Positions 51,733-64,000 of a stretch of DNA of 64,000 nt are shown in pieces. Position numbers and translations under genes: made by a program. The notes below the pieces were generated by a model. That model was given only the letters and a program-made list of their open reading frames with translations, was not told the DNA's origin and ran no database searches. The stretch comes from Balanoglossus misakiensis. Taxonomy: Eukaryota; Animalia; Hemichordata. Position 1 is the stretch's first letter. Every line of letters starts with the position of its first letter. The DNA lies in the NCBI GenBank assembly GCA_040954595.2, contig CM082584.2, positions 2,449,344-2,513,343 of the forward strand, written 5' to 3'.

Positions 51733-51855
51733 GAAAAAAAGAAGAGAAGAGAGAAAAAAGAAAGAAAGAAAGGAAGAGAGAGAGAAGAAGAAGAGTACCG
51801 GTGGGACCTACAGAAGAAAAAAGAATGAAAGAATTAAATACATGAAATCAATGAT

Positions 51856-53240
51856 AATTAAAGCTGCAAGCAGCGTTGGTGGGGCACAAACGGTTCCCAT
51901 GGTAACCAGCGAATCCCAAAGCTGTATCTGCTGTGGATACCAAGATATGGGAAAGTAGGTCAAAGGTCACCTGAGTTCACCCAAATTTGGGCGAAACATT
52001 TTGACACCATACTTGTCCATGACCAACAAAAACCAAACCTCTAGCCCTATTGGTTAGCCTGGAATTAGATATGTGCATAATTAATGAGGTAACATAAAAG
52101 ACCCCAAAAGGTGTTCAATCCCTCCAAAAGCCAAGGCTCTATCCTGTCTGGATGCCGAGATATAGGGAAGAAGGTCAAAGGTCACCTGAGGTCACCAAAA
52201 TTTGAGCAAAATTTTGACACCACATATGTCCTTATACAACAAAAACCAAACATCTAGCCCTGTTGGTTAGCTTGGAATAAGATATGCACATAATTAATGA
52301 GGTATTGTGTAAGACTCTATTAGGTGGTCAATCCCCCCATAGCCAGGGCTGTAACTGCTCTGGAAGCTGAGATATGGGAAAGTAGGTCAAAGGTCACCCA
52401 AAATTTGGGCATAAAAGTTTGACCCCATAGTGGGCCATGTCCAACAAAAACCAGACCTGGAGCCCTATTGGTTAGCCTGGATTTAGATATGCAGAAAAAT
52501 GATGTTTCAGAAATAGGTCAAAGGTCATTGCCAAAATATTTGTGTCATGTCCTGACAGCATTGGTACCCATGTCCACAAAATTCATGACTGTAGTGCTTT
52601 TACAAGAGGAGGTATGGGGAATATGCATATATAATTAGTTGGTTTAAAACTGGGTCAAAGGTCATGTGAAAATTGCCCCCCAAAATTGTGACAAGTTCCG
52701 GTCATATGATGACTTATATCCACAAAAATAATTTCCTTGGTGTCAACATTTTGGCTATAGAACGGAATTTACATTTTTCAATGGTTTTCAGGAAATCCAA
52801 TATGGCCGCCATAATGATCGACCAATCACAGTGCACTTCGCAAACTTGAAAGACATAGGTTAGGTGACTGCATACCCCGAATCCCATAACTCGGCGATCA
52901 CTGCTTCTGGAGAAGAAGATTTTAAAAGTTTTAAGTAGTTTTTCAGAAAAAAAATTGTAGCAAAAAAACTTTATATTTGACATCATGATTTCAATGGGGT
53001 AAAATGATGGACAGAAGGTAGGCTACCTGCACACAAAATTTGAACTCGATTGGCCCAGTAGTTTTTGAGAAGGAGTCATTTAACGGTTTTCGGAAAATCT
53101 AATATGGCCGCCAGGTCACGTGACTAATTAAATATTCACGGCCACTCTAGGTCTACTCATTGGCCCCTATCACCCTACCAAGTTTCAGCCCTGTAGGTGC
53201 TGCGGTTTTCCAGATCTACCTCGCCTGGCTTGTGCCCCTT
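51856..53240 (+). mobile_element. AGGTCAAAGGTCA-rich non-autonomous element with internal ~200-bp subrepeats (Helitron/Helentron-like by inference)
   Basis: Starts AATTAAAGCTGCAAGCAGC. The GCTGTATCTGCTGTGGA..GATATGGGAAAGTAGGTCAAAGGTCACC motif recurs at ~51921, ~52136 and ~52348. Has AATCCAATATGGCCGCC motifs and no ORF. Confidence 0.55.
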
Positions 53241-53299
53241 ATGATAGCATTAATGTTGCAAGCCAGCCCAACCCAACAAACTGAGGGTCAAGGGGTACA

Positions 53300-56200
53300 T
53301 ATGGTCAATTAATAAAAAAAATAAGGTGCGACCAACATTGGCTAGGTCTAAGCAGTTCCTATGGATACCAGAGAGTGCCAATGCTATATCTGCTATGTTT
53401 ATAGGAAAGTTGATCAAAGGTCACCAAGAGCTCACCCAAAATTGTCAACAAATTTTTCTTCCAAAATGATCAGTGTAAAATGAAAAACAAGACTTCTGGC
53501 TCTATTAGTTAACCTGGTTATTAGGTGTTCCAGCCTTCAAAATTGTAAGACGTTATCTACTGTGCATGCCAAGGCATGGAAAAATAGGTCCATCAAAAAT
53601 GTCCAAAACCAAAGCCATCAAAAATGTCAGAAAAAATTTTGATTGCATAGTGGTCTATGTTCAAGGAAACCCAGACTCAAAGCTTCATTGTCTAGTCTAC
53701 AATTACGTAAGCACATATTTATAAGATTATCATTGGTCAAGAAATTCAGCAAAAAAATTAAGTCCAAAAGTAGAGCATGTTCATAAAAAATTCAACCTGT
53801 AACAATATGGGTAAGCTCAGCATTAGATATGCACATATTTAATAAGGTCAACATTGGTCCAGTGGATTCCAAATGTAACAAAAATACCTAAGTCCCATAC
53901 TTGTCCATATACATCAAAAACCAAACCTCTAGTGCTACTAGTCTTGCCGCAATAAGATATTCAGAAAAGAATACAGGTGCCAAATGTAGAACGAAGTTCA
54001 ATGCCAAAATATGTCCTGGCAGCAGTAATGTGACAAAAATCATCACTGTTGTGCTTTTCAACAAGAGGCACATCCACGAATAATTAAGTTCTGAAAAAAA
54101 CTAGATCAAAATACATGCGAAAATTGCCAAAAAAAATGCAATGTATTCTGGTCATATGAAGACTCGTATCTATAAAAAGAATTGGTGTGCAATCAATGAG
54201 TAACCCAGAAAAAGGAAATTTTAGTTTTTAATCAGAATTCATAAAATCCAATTTGGCTTCAATAAGCTTTAATTAAGTTCTGAAAGATCTGGATCAAAGA
54301 ACAAATGAAAGTTGCCAAAAATTTGTATTATTAGGTGTTGAAAAAGGTTGGATCAAAGGCCATGTGAAAGTTGCCAAAAAATTGTAACATATTCTAGTCG
54401 TATGGTGACTCATATCCATTAAAGGAATTTGTATGCAATCAATGCATAGGCTAAAAATAGGAAAATTTAGTTCTTAATCGGAGTTTAGAAAATCTAATTT
54501 GGCTCCAATGAGATTTAACCAATCAAAATTCACTTGAAAACTTGATTAGATAAAAAAATGACAATTATAATGAGATTTTCAAAAATCCAATAAGGCATCA
54601 AAAGTCACATGACCACTAATGATATTATTGTCAAACTTTGAACCGGACAGTCAATTAGTAATTGATTTGCCCTGCAGTTTTGAAAAAATATGTCAACTTG
54701 TAGAAATTATCAGAAAATCCAATATGGCCGTCATGAAGAAGACAATTAAACTTACAAGCAGCATTGCAGGGGCTAAACTGGTTAGCATGGTTTCAAAAGA
54801 AAGCAAAGGCTGTATCTGTTGTGGATGCCAAGAAATGGTAAAGTACTTCATTAGGTGTTCCAGTCCTCTAAATTTGAAACATGCATCTGCTGTGCATGCC
54901 AGGTTATGGGAACGTAGATCAAAGGTCATTGCCAAAATTATCAAAAAATAAGGTTATGTTCCGGCAGCAGCAGTACTCATGTAAACAAAATCATGACTGT
55001 TTTGCTTTTTAACAAGAATCGTATCCACATACAATTAAGTTCAGAATACACTGGATCAAAGGACATGTGTAGTTGTCAAAATTTTGTATAATCAAGTTCT
55101 GAGAAAACTGGATCAAAAACATGTATTCTGGTCATATGGCGACTCGTATCCATACAAAAGTTTTATCCAATAAGGTTGAACCAATCACAATTCACTTGAA
55201 AACTTAAGTAGAAAAAGATTTTTGACATTTTTAATGAGATTTTTCAAAAATCCATAATAAATCCAAAGTCACATGACCACTAACATTATTATTGAAAAAA
55301 TTGGAACCGCACAGTAAATTAGAACTTTATTGGCCTTGTAATTTTTGAAAAGAGTCAACTTTTAAAGGTTATCAGAAAATCCAATATGGCTGCCATGACG
55401 AAGACAAAGCTAAAAGCAGCATTGGAGGGACGAATGTGGTTAGCATGGTTCCAACAGAAAGCAAAGGCTGTATCTGTAGCAGATGCCGAGAAATGGTAAA
55501 GTAAGCCAGAGGTCATGCAAAATTGTGCTAACAAAATTTGATATCAAACTGAGGTGTGTCCAACAGAAAACAGACTTCTAAGCTCTATTGGTTAACTTGA
55601 AATAGCTTATGTACATAGTTATTGTGTTAAAGTTTAATTCTTCATAAGGTGTTCCAGTCCACCAAATTTGAAGGCTGTATCTGCTGTACATGCCAAGGCA
55701 TGGGATAGTAGATCAAAGGTCATTGCCAAAATTATCTAAAAGATTTGGGTTATGTCCTGGCAGCAGTAGTACTCATGTGAACAAAATCATGACTGTTGTG
55801 CTTTTTAACAAGAGGCATATCCACATAAAATTAAGTAGTGAACAAAAATGGATTAGAGAATGTGTGAAAGTTGCCAAAAAATGTAACGTATTCTAGTCAT
55901 ATGGTGACTCGTATCCATAAAAAATAGTTGTGTGCTATCAATTAGTAGGCAAGAAATAGGAAAATGTATTTGTTAATCGGATTTTAGAAAATTCAATTTG
56001 GCTCCAATAAGGTTAAACCAATCACAATTCACTTGAGAACATGATTAGGAAAAATAAATGAGATTTTTTAATGAGATTTTCAAAAATCCAATAAGGCATC
56101 CAAAGTCACATGACCACTAATGATATTATTGTCAAACTTTGTGAACAGTAAATTAGAACTTGATTCGCCCTGCAGTTTTGAAGAAAGTCAACTTTTATAG

Positions 56201-59200
56201 ATTATCAGAATATCCTATATGGCAACCATGAAGGAGACAATTAAAGCAACATGCAGCATTGCAGGGGCCAAAGTGGTTAGCATGGTTCCAACACAAAGCA
56301 AAGGCTGTATCTGTTATGGATGCTGAGAAATGGTTAAGTAAGTCAGAGGTCATGCAAAATTGTGCTAACAAAATTTGATATCACACTGATCCGTATCCAA
56401 CAAAAAGCCAGACTTCTAACTCTATTGGTTAATTTGAAAAAGCTTATGTACATAAATATTGTGTTAAAGTTTAAACTTCATTAGGTGTTTAAGTCCTCCA
56501 AATTTGAAGAATGTATCTGCTGTGCATGCCAAGTTATGGGGAAGTACATCAAAGGTAATTGCCAAAATTATCAAAATATATTTGTTTTGTCCTGGCAGCA
56601 GTAGTACTAATGTGAACAAAATCATGACTGTTGTGCTTTTAACAAGAGGCATATCCACATAAAATTTAGTTCTGGAATTACTGTATCAAAGGAGATGCGA
56701 GAGTCACCAGCAAATTGAAATATATTCTTGTCATATGGTGACTCGTATCCATAAAAATTATTTGTGTGCTTTCAATGAGTAGGCTAGAAATAGGAAATTT
56801 TAGTTTTTAATCGGAGATCAGAAAATCCAATATGGGTCCAATTAGTTTTAACCAATCACAATTTACTTGAAAACTTGATTAGAAATAGATTTTTGATTTG
56901 TTTTATGATATTTTTCAAAAATCCAATTATGCATCCAAAGCCACATGACCACTACTGATACTATTATTGTCAAACATTGAACCGCACAGTAAATTAGAAC
57001 TTGATTGGCCCTGTATTTTTTGAAAAAAAATGTCAAGTTTTAAAGGTTATCCGAAAATCCAATATGGCCACCATGAAGAAGACAATTAATACTAAAAGCA
57101 GCATTGGAGGGACCAAAGCGGTTAGCATGGTTCGAACAGAAAGCAAAGGCTGTATCTGTTATGGATGCTGAGAAATGGTAAGTAAGCGAGAGGTCACGCA
57201 AATTTGGGCCAACAAATTTCGATATCAAACTGAGCTGTGTCCAACAGAAAACAGACTTCTCAGCTCTATTGGTTAACTTGAAATTGCTTATGTACATAAT
57301 TATTGTGTTAAAGTTTAATACTTCATTAGGTGTTTCAGTCCTCTAAATATTTTGTTTATTTCCTGGCAGCAGAAAGCAAAGGCTGCATCTGTTATAGATG
57401 CAAAACTCCTGTGAACAAAATCATGACTGGTGTGCTTTTTGACAAGAAGCATATCCACGCACAATTAAGTTCTGGAAAAAATGGATCAAAGGACATTCGA
57501 AAATTGCCCAAAAATTGTAATATAATCTGGTCATGTGGTGACTCATATCTATTAAAAGAATTTGGGTAGGCTAGAAATAGGATTTTTTTTAAATCGTGTG
57601 TTTAGAAAATCCGATTTGGCTTTAATTAGGATAAACCAATCACAATTCACTTGAAAACGTGATTAGGAAAAGATTTGTGAAATTTTTCATGAGATTTTTC
57701 AAAAATCCAATATGGCAACCAAAGTGACATGACCACTAATGATATTATTGTCAAACATTAAACCGCACAGTAAATTAGAACTTGATTTGCCTTGTAGTTG
57801 TTGAAAAGATGTAAATTTTTAAGTGTTATCATAATATCCAATATGGCCGCCATTAAGAAGAAATGGGATGGGCCCAAGCAGTTAGCATGGTTCCAACAGA
57901 AAGCAAAGGATGTTTTGTTAAAAAAATCATATGAAAACTCATGTGTTCGAAAGAGCATACAGTGTGGTTTAACCGTGAGCGTCATTGGGCAAAATTTCTT
58001 TTTGGATTTTGGCGCTATATAAACTTTTTTGCTTGATTGATTTGATTTGATTTTGTTGTGGATGCAAAGAAATGGTAAAGTAAGCCAGAGGTCACGCAAA
58101 ATTGTGACACAAATTTTTGATCTTAAACTGATCAGTGTCAAACAAAAAACCAGATTTCTAAGCTCTATTGGTTAACTTGAAATAGATTATGTACAAAATT
58201 ATTGTGTAAAAGTTTAATACTTTATTGGGTGTTGCAGTCCACCAAATTTGAAGGCTGTATCTGCTGTACATGCCAAGGCATGGGATAGTAGATCAAAGGT
58301 CATTGCCAAAATTATCAAAAGATTTGGGTTATGTCCTGGCAGCAGTAGTACTCATGTGAACAAAATCATGACTGTTGTGCTTTTTAACAAGAGGCATATC
58401 CACATAAAATAAGTTCTGGAATTACTGGATCAAAGAACATGTGGAAGTAGTCTAATAATTATGATATATTCTGGTCCTATGGTGACTCGTATCCATAAAA
58501 AGAATTTGTGTGGTTTCAATGAGCACGCTAGAAATAGGAAATTTTAGTCTTTTATCGGAGATCAGAAAATCCAATTTGGCTCCAATAAGGTTTACCCAAT
58601 CACATTTTACTTGAAAACTTGATTAGAAATAAATGTTTTGAAACTTTTTTATTCTATTTTTCAAAAATCCAAAGCCACATGACCACTAACGATATTATTG
58701 TCAAACATTGAACCACACAGTCAATTTGAACTTGATTGGCCCTGTAGTTTTTGAAAAAAATGTCACCTTTTAAAGGTTAACCGAAAATCCAATATGGCCG
58801 CCATGAACAAGACAATTACAACTAAAAGCAGCATTGGAGGGACCAAAGTGGTTAGCATGGTTCCAACAGAAAGCAAAGGCTGTATCTGTTATTGATGCTG
58901 AGAAATTGTAAGTAAGCCAGAGGTCACGCAAATTTGGGCCAACAAATTTTGATATCAAACTGAGCTGTGTCCAACAGAAAACAGACTTCTAAGCTCTATT
59001 GGTTAACTTGAAATAGCTTATGTACATAATTATTGTGTTAAAGTTTAATTCTTCATAAGGTGTTCCAGTCCACCAAATTTGAAGGCTGTATCTGCTGTAC
59101 ATGCCAAGGCATGGGATAGTAGATCAAAGGTCATTGCCAAAATTATCTAAAAGATTTGGGTTATGTCCTGGCAGCAGTAGTACTCATGTGAACAAAATCA

Positions 59201-62200
59201 TGACAGATGTGCTTTTTAACAAGAGGCATATCCACATAAAATAAGTTCTGGAATTACTGGATCAAAGGACATGCGAGAGTCGCAAACAAGTTGTTCAATC
59301 AAGTTTTGTAAAAATTTGATCAAAGAACATCTGAAAGTAGTCTAATAATTTTGATATATTCTGGTCCTATGGTGACTCATATCCATAAAAAGAATTTGTA
59401 TGGTTTCAAGGAGCACGCTAGAAATAGGAAATTTTAGTCTTTTATCGGAGATCAGAAAATCCAATTTGGCTCCAATAAGGTTTACCCAATCACAATTTAC
59501 TTGAAAACTTGATTAGAAATAGATTTTTTGAATTTTTTTTATGATATTTTTCAAAAATCCAAAGCCACATGACCACTAATGATATTATTGTCAAACATTG
59601 AACCGCACAGTCAATAAGAACACCAAATTTGAAGGCTGTATCTGCTGTACATGCCAAGGCATGGGATAGTAGATCAAAGGTCATTGCCAAAATTATCAAA
59701 AGATTTGGGTTATGTCCTGGCAGCAGTAGTACTCATGTGAACAAAATCATGACTGTTGGGCTTTTTAACAAGATGCATATCTATGTATAATTTACTTCTT
59801 ATAAAATAATGTAAAGGACACTGTGGTGCCCTTTGGGGATTACTCAGAAATTAGGTATTCACCAGAATTAAATTCAGGGGCGACATTGGCAAGCATATAT
59901 GGCATTAATATTTAAATACTATGGAAACATAAAAAAATTAACTATGCCAAATAAAGTGTTATGTGTCACAGCAATCTTACAAGCTACACTAAAAAACAAC
60001 AACTGATTTTTGTCCAAAAACTGTCTGTAAAAATACATGCGAGTATGACAAATTAATTAGTCCAATCAGACAGAGGCATTCACTGACCTACCACCAGTTT
60101 ATAATAAAATAGCTGGTGGTCCCTGTAACAGCTGGACCATTAAAATTATATAAGGAAGATCAGTTAAAAATTTACTCCAAGATTGCCGTTTATTTTTCTG
60201 ATAAAAATGTTTATACATCTTAGTAAGTTATAACAAAGAAAATTATCAAAATCGGTTCACCGGATTTCAGCGTACAAACGCATCAAATAATACTGAGATT
60301 CTCAAGTATCTTCACCATTTTTCAAAGAATTTTACCAAATTCTATAAAAATGTAAGATTCACAGAAGATTACTTCTTTCAGTTTTACAGGAGATCATCTA
60401 AACTTGTAAAAAAAATCTCTCTATTTTTTGCATGGCACCATGGTAAAATATGAAAATTTGCAATGTTTGATGTTCCGTGTCTAAATCATGTTTGATCTAA
60501 TTTTCACGAAATTTTCAGATTATATTACAATATATGTGCAGATACAGATAGTGACTTATGTTTTTGATATCTGGATTATAATTTAAATTCACAGGCGCTC
60601 AAATATGGTAAACCTAGCATTTTACCATTGCAAATGGGCGGCCATATTGGGTTGACATTTCATTAGATGGCAATATTTGTTTATACATTGCAATTTGCTG
60701 AAAATCAGTTCAATCACTGTAGTAAGTGGAAATATTTAAATTCTTGTTTATTTTAGCAATCATAAAGCTGATATTACTATCAAAAAAATGTTATACAGTT
60801 GCTTCTGGACAGCAAAAATTGCCATCATTCAAGTCAAAGTCTCAGATCAGCCCTTTTGCTTGCCTGTGTCGAGCAGATATCAAAAGTGGAGAAAGTTGGA
60901 TAGTTTAATTTCTACATGTTACCTGTACTATCCTTGTAGACTATTAACATTAACAAGAATTTCATATTAACTTCTGGTATGATATGCATGGAAAGACTGG
61001 CTGGCTATAAATCATAAAAATGGACGCCGTTGCACCATACAGTTTTACTGCATACACACGTATTTTAAGCAAACTGTGCCTTTCATGTATTCCACTTTTC
61101 TCCCTTCCTTGCTGGCTTTCTCTGTTTTTTTTCTGACTGTGTCTTTATAAAATTACTATTTTTTTTTATTTTTTTATTTTTTTTTGGGGGGGGGGTAATT
61201 CAATTTCTGGCTCAAAAAATTGTACTAGAGCTGGTAAGGTTTCCTGAAAATTAATCCCTGTATCTTTAACGCAGGTGTGCAAGTTCATATAAAGTTCATT
61301 GGTTAAAGGAATATTATGAGCTGATAAATTTACTAAGCTCTTCTTTCCAGTTAGAGGCTCTGCTATATTAACAACTACTCTCAATGCTACTTCAATAATG
61401 TTGCCTGTGCAAATTGACAATCAAAATATCCATTAGTTAGACAACATATTTGGTTGGGTAATTACAGAATAATAACTATAATTCCATGCATACTCTACCT
61501 AAACTCAAATTAGAATATATAACTAAAATTATAGTTATACACAGGTCTATAAAATGCTAAGAAAATGTAAAATCTAGGAAAGAACACCCATGGGCATTCA
61601 GCTCTTAGCAGATAACATCAGTCACTTTGAAGACATGTCACTTCCCAGACTTTACTAAAAATACTTCCAACTCTGACGTTAAACACATCTCCAAAAAATC
61701 CAATATGGCAACCATGAAGAAGACAATTAAAGCAACATGCTGCATTGGAGGGACCAAAGTGGTAAGCATGGTTCCAAAAGAAAGCAAAGGCTGTTTCTGT
61801 TGTGGATGCCAAGAAATGGTAAAGTAAGCCAGAGGTCATGCAAAATTGTGCTAACAAAATTTGATATCAAACTGATCAGTGTCCAACAAAAAACCAGACT
61901 TCTAAGCTCTATTGGTTAACTTGAAATAGCTTATGTACATAATTATTGTGTTAAAGTTTAATACTTCATTAGGTGTTCCAGTCCACCAAATTTGAAGGCT
62001 GTATCTGCTGTACATTCCAAGGCATGGGATAGTAGATCAAAGGTCATTGCCAAAATTATCAAAAGATTTGGGTTTTGTCCTGGCAGCAGTAGTACTCATG
62101 TGAACAAAATCATGACTGCTGTGCTTTTTAACAAAAGGCATATCCACATAAAAGAAGTTCTGGAATAACTGGATCAAAGGACAAGCGAGAGTCGCAAATA

Positions 62201-64000
62201 AATTGTTTAAATCAAGTTCTGTAAAAACTTGATCAAAGAACATGTGAAAGTAGTCTAATAATTGTGATATATTCTGGTCATATGGTGACTCATATCCATA
62301 AAAAGAATTTGTGTGGTTTCAATGAGCAGGCTAGAAATAGGAAATATTAGTCTTTTATCGGAGATCAGAAAATCCAATTTGGCTCAATAAGGTTTACCCA
62401 ATCACAATTTACTTGAAAACTTGATTAGAAAAAGATTTGTGAAATTTTTCATGAGATTTTTCAAAAATCCAATATGGCAACCAAAGTGACATGACCACTA
62501 ATGATATTGTTGTCAAACATTGAACCGCACAGTAAATTAGAACTTGATTTGCCTTGTAGTTGTTGAAAAGATGTCAATTTTTAAGGGTTATCAGAATATC
62601 CAATATGGCCACCATTAAGAAGAAATGGGACAGGCCCAAGCGGTTAGCATGGTTCCAACAGAAAGCAAAGGCTGTTTTGTTGTGGATGCCAAGAAATGGT
62701 AAAGTAAGCCAGAGGTCACGCAAAATTGTGACACAAATTTTTGATCTTAAACTGATCAGTGTCCAACAAAAACCAGACTTGTAAGCTCCATTTGTTTACT
62801 TGAAATAGCTTATGTACAAAATTATTGTGTTAAAGTTTAATACTTCATTAGTTGTTTCAGTCCTCCAAATTTGAAGACTGTATCTGCTGTGCATGCCAAC
62901 TTATGGAAAAGTAGATCAAAGGTCATTGCCATAATTAGCAAAATATTTTGGTTATTTCCTGGCAGCAGCAGTACTCATGTGAACAAAATCATGACTGTTG
63001 TGCTTTTTAACAAGAGGCATATCCACATAAAATAAGTTCTGGAATTACTGGATCAAAGGGCATATCCACATAAAATAATTTCTGGAATTACTGGATCAAA
63101 GGACATGCGAGAGTCGCAAACAAATTGTTTATTCAAGTTTTATTATTGTCATTGAACCGCACAGTAAATTAGAACTTGATTTGCCTTGTAGTTGTTTTAT
63201 AAGATGTCAATTTTTAAAGGTTATACGAAAATCCAATATGGCCGCCATGAAGAAGACAATTAAAACTAAAAGCAGCATTGGAGGGACCAAAGCGGTTAGC
63301 ATGGTTCCAACAGAAAGCAAAGGCTTTATCTGTTATGGATGCTGAGAAATGGTAAGTAAGCCAGAGGTCACGCAAATTTTGGCCAACAAATTTTGATATC
63401 AAACTGAGCTGTGTCCAACAGAAAACAGACTTCTAAGCTCTTTTGGTTCACTTGAAATAGCTTATGTACATAATTATTGTTTTAAAGTTTAATACTTCAT
63501 TAGGTGTTCCAGCCAAAAAAATTTGAAGACTGTATTTGCTGTTTATTCCAAGTAATGGGATAGTAGATCAAAGGTCATTGCCAAAATTATCAAAAGATTT
63601 GGGTTATGTCCTGGCAGCAAAGGTCATTGCCAAAATTATCAAAAGATTTGGGTTATGTCCTGGCAGCAGTCGTACTCATGTGAACAAAATTATGACTGTT
63701 GTGCTTTTTAACAAGAGGCATATCCACATAAAATAAGTTCTGGAATTACTGGATCAAAGGACATGCGAGAGTCGCAAACACATTGTTTAATCAAGTTCTG
63801 TAAAAACTTGATCAAAGAACATGTGAAAGTAGTCTAATAATTGTGATATATTCTGGTCATATGGTGACTCATATCCATAAAAAGAATTTGTGTGGTTTCA
63901 ATGAGCAGGCTAGAAATAGGAAATTTTAGTCTTTTATTGGAGATCAGAAAATCCAATTTGGCTTCAATAAGGTTTACCCAATCACAATTTACTTGAAAAC
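53300..64000 (+). repeat. Degenerate macrosatellite of ~0.65-0.95-kb units homologous to the element at 51856-53240
   Basis: AATATGGC..CCAT anchor at ~54721, 55383, 56217, 57061, 57841, 58791, 61702, 62602, 63235. Most are followed by ACAATTA..GCAGCATTG, and all by GCATGGTT..AAAGCAAAGG. Runs off the window. Confidence 0.85.
59782..61690. other. ~1.9-kb unrelated insert interrupting the macrosatellite (unclassified, probably a non-autonomous transposon)
   Basis: Repeat-unit similarity stops at ~59781 and resumes at ~61695. No ORF or clean TIR pair found. Confidence 0.55.

Noticed and set aside
59808-61270. Kolobok-type element (TAAAGGACAC.. start)
   Set aside because: No intact TTAA TSD or matching inverted end found.

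Overview
AT-rich eukaryotic DNA with spliceosomal introns. It looks like an invertebrate animal genome, but the species cannot be determined from the sequence. I see no ordinary host gene; the window is almost entirely nested mobile and repetitive DNA. In order: (1) a scrambled chromodomain-bearing Ty3/Gypsy relic and an L2-type LINE fragment; (2) a HIRAN-like fragment; (3) a GC-rich, extensively base-paired ~0.45 kb segment; (4) a nearly intact 5.1 kb ISL2EU-type transposon (THAP-HTH-DDE transposase plus SAP-SWIM-YqaJ nuclease, ~300 bp TIRs) inserted in a decayed Academ-like transposase gene; (5) several MITEs with TIRs/TSDs; (6) a Crypton-type tyrosine recombinase pseudogene; (7) a head-to-head pair of an intact spliced SAM-domain gene and a multi-exon Zator-like transposase, whose last visible splice donor runs into a ~19.5 kb 192-bp satellite with variable-length higher-order repeats; (8) a ~12 kb head-to-tail amplification of an AGGTCA-rich non-autonomous element. 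Family calls come from motif recognition by eye, not database searches.
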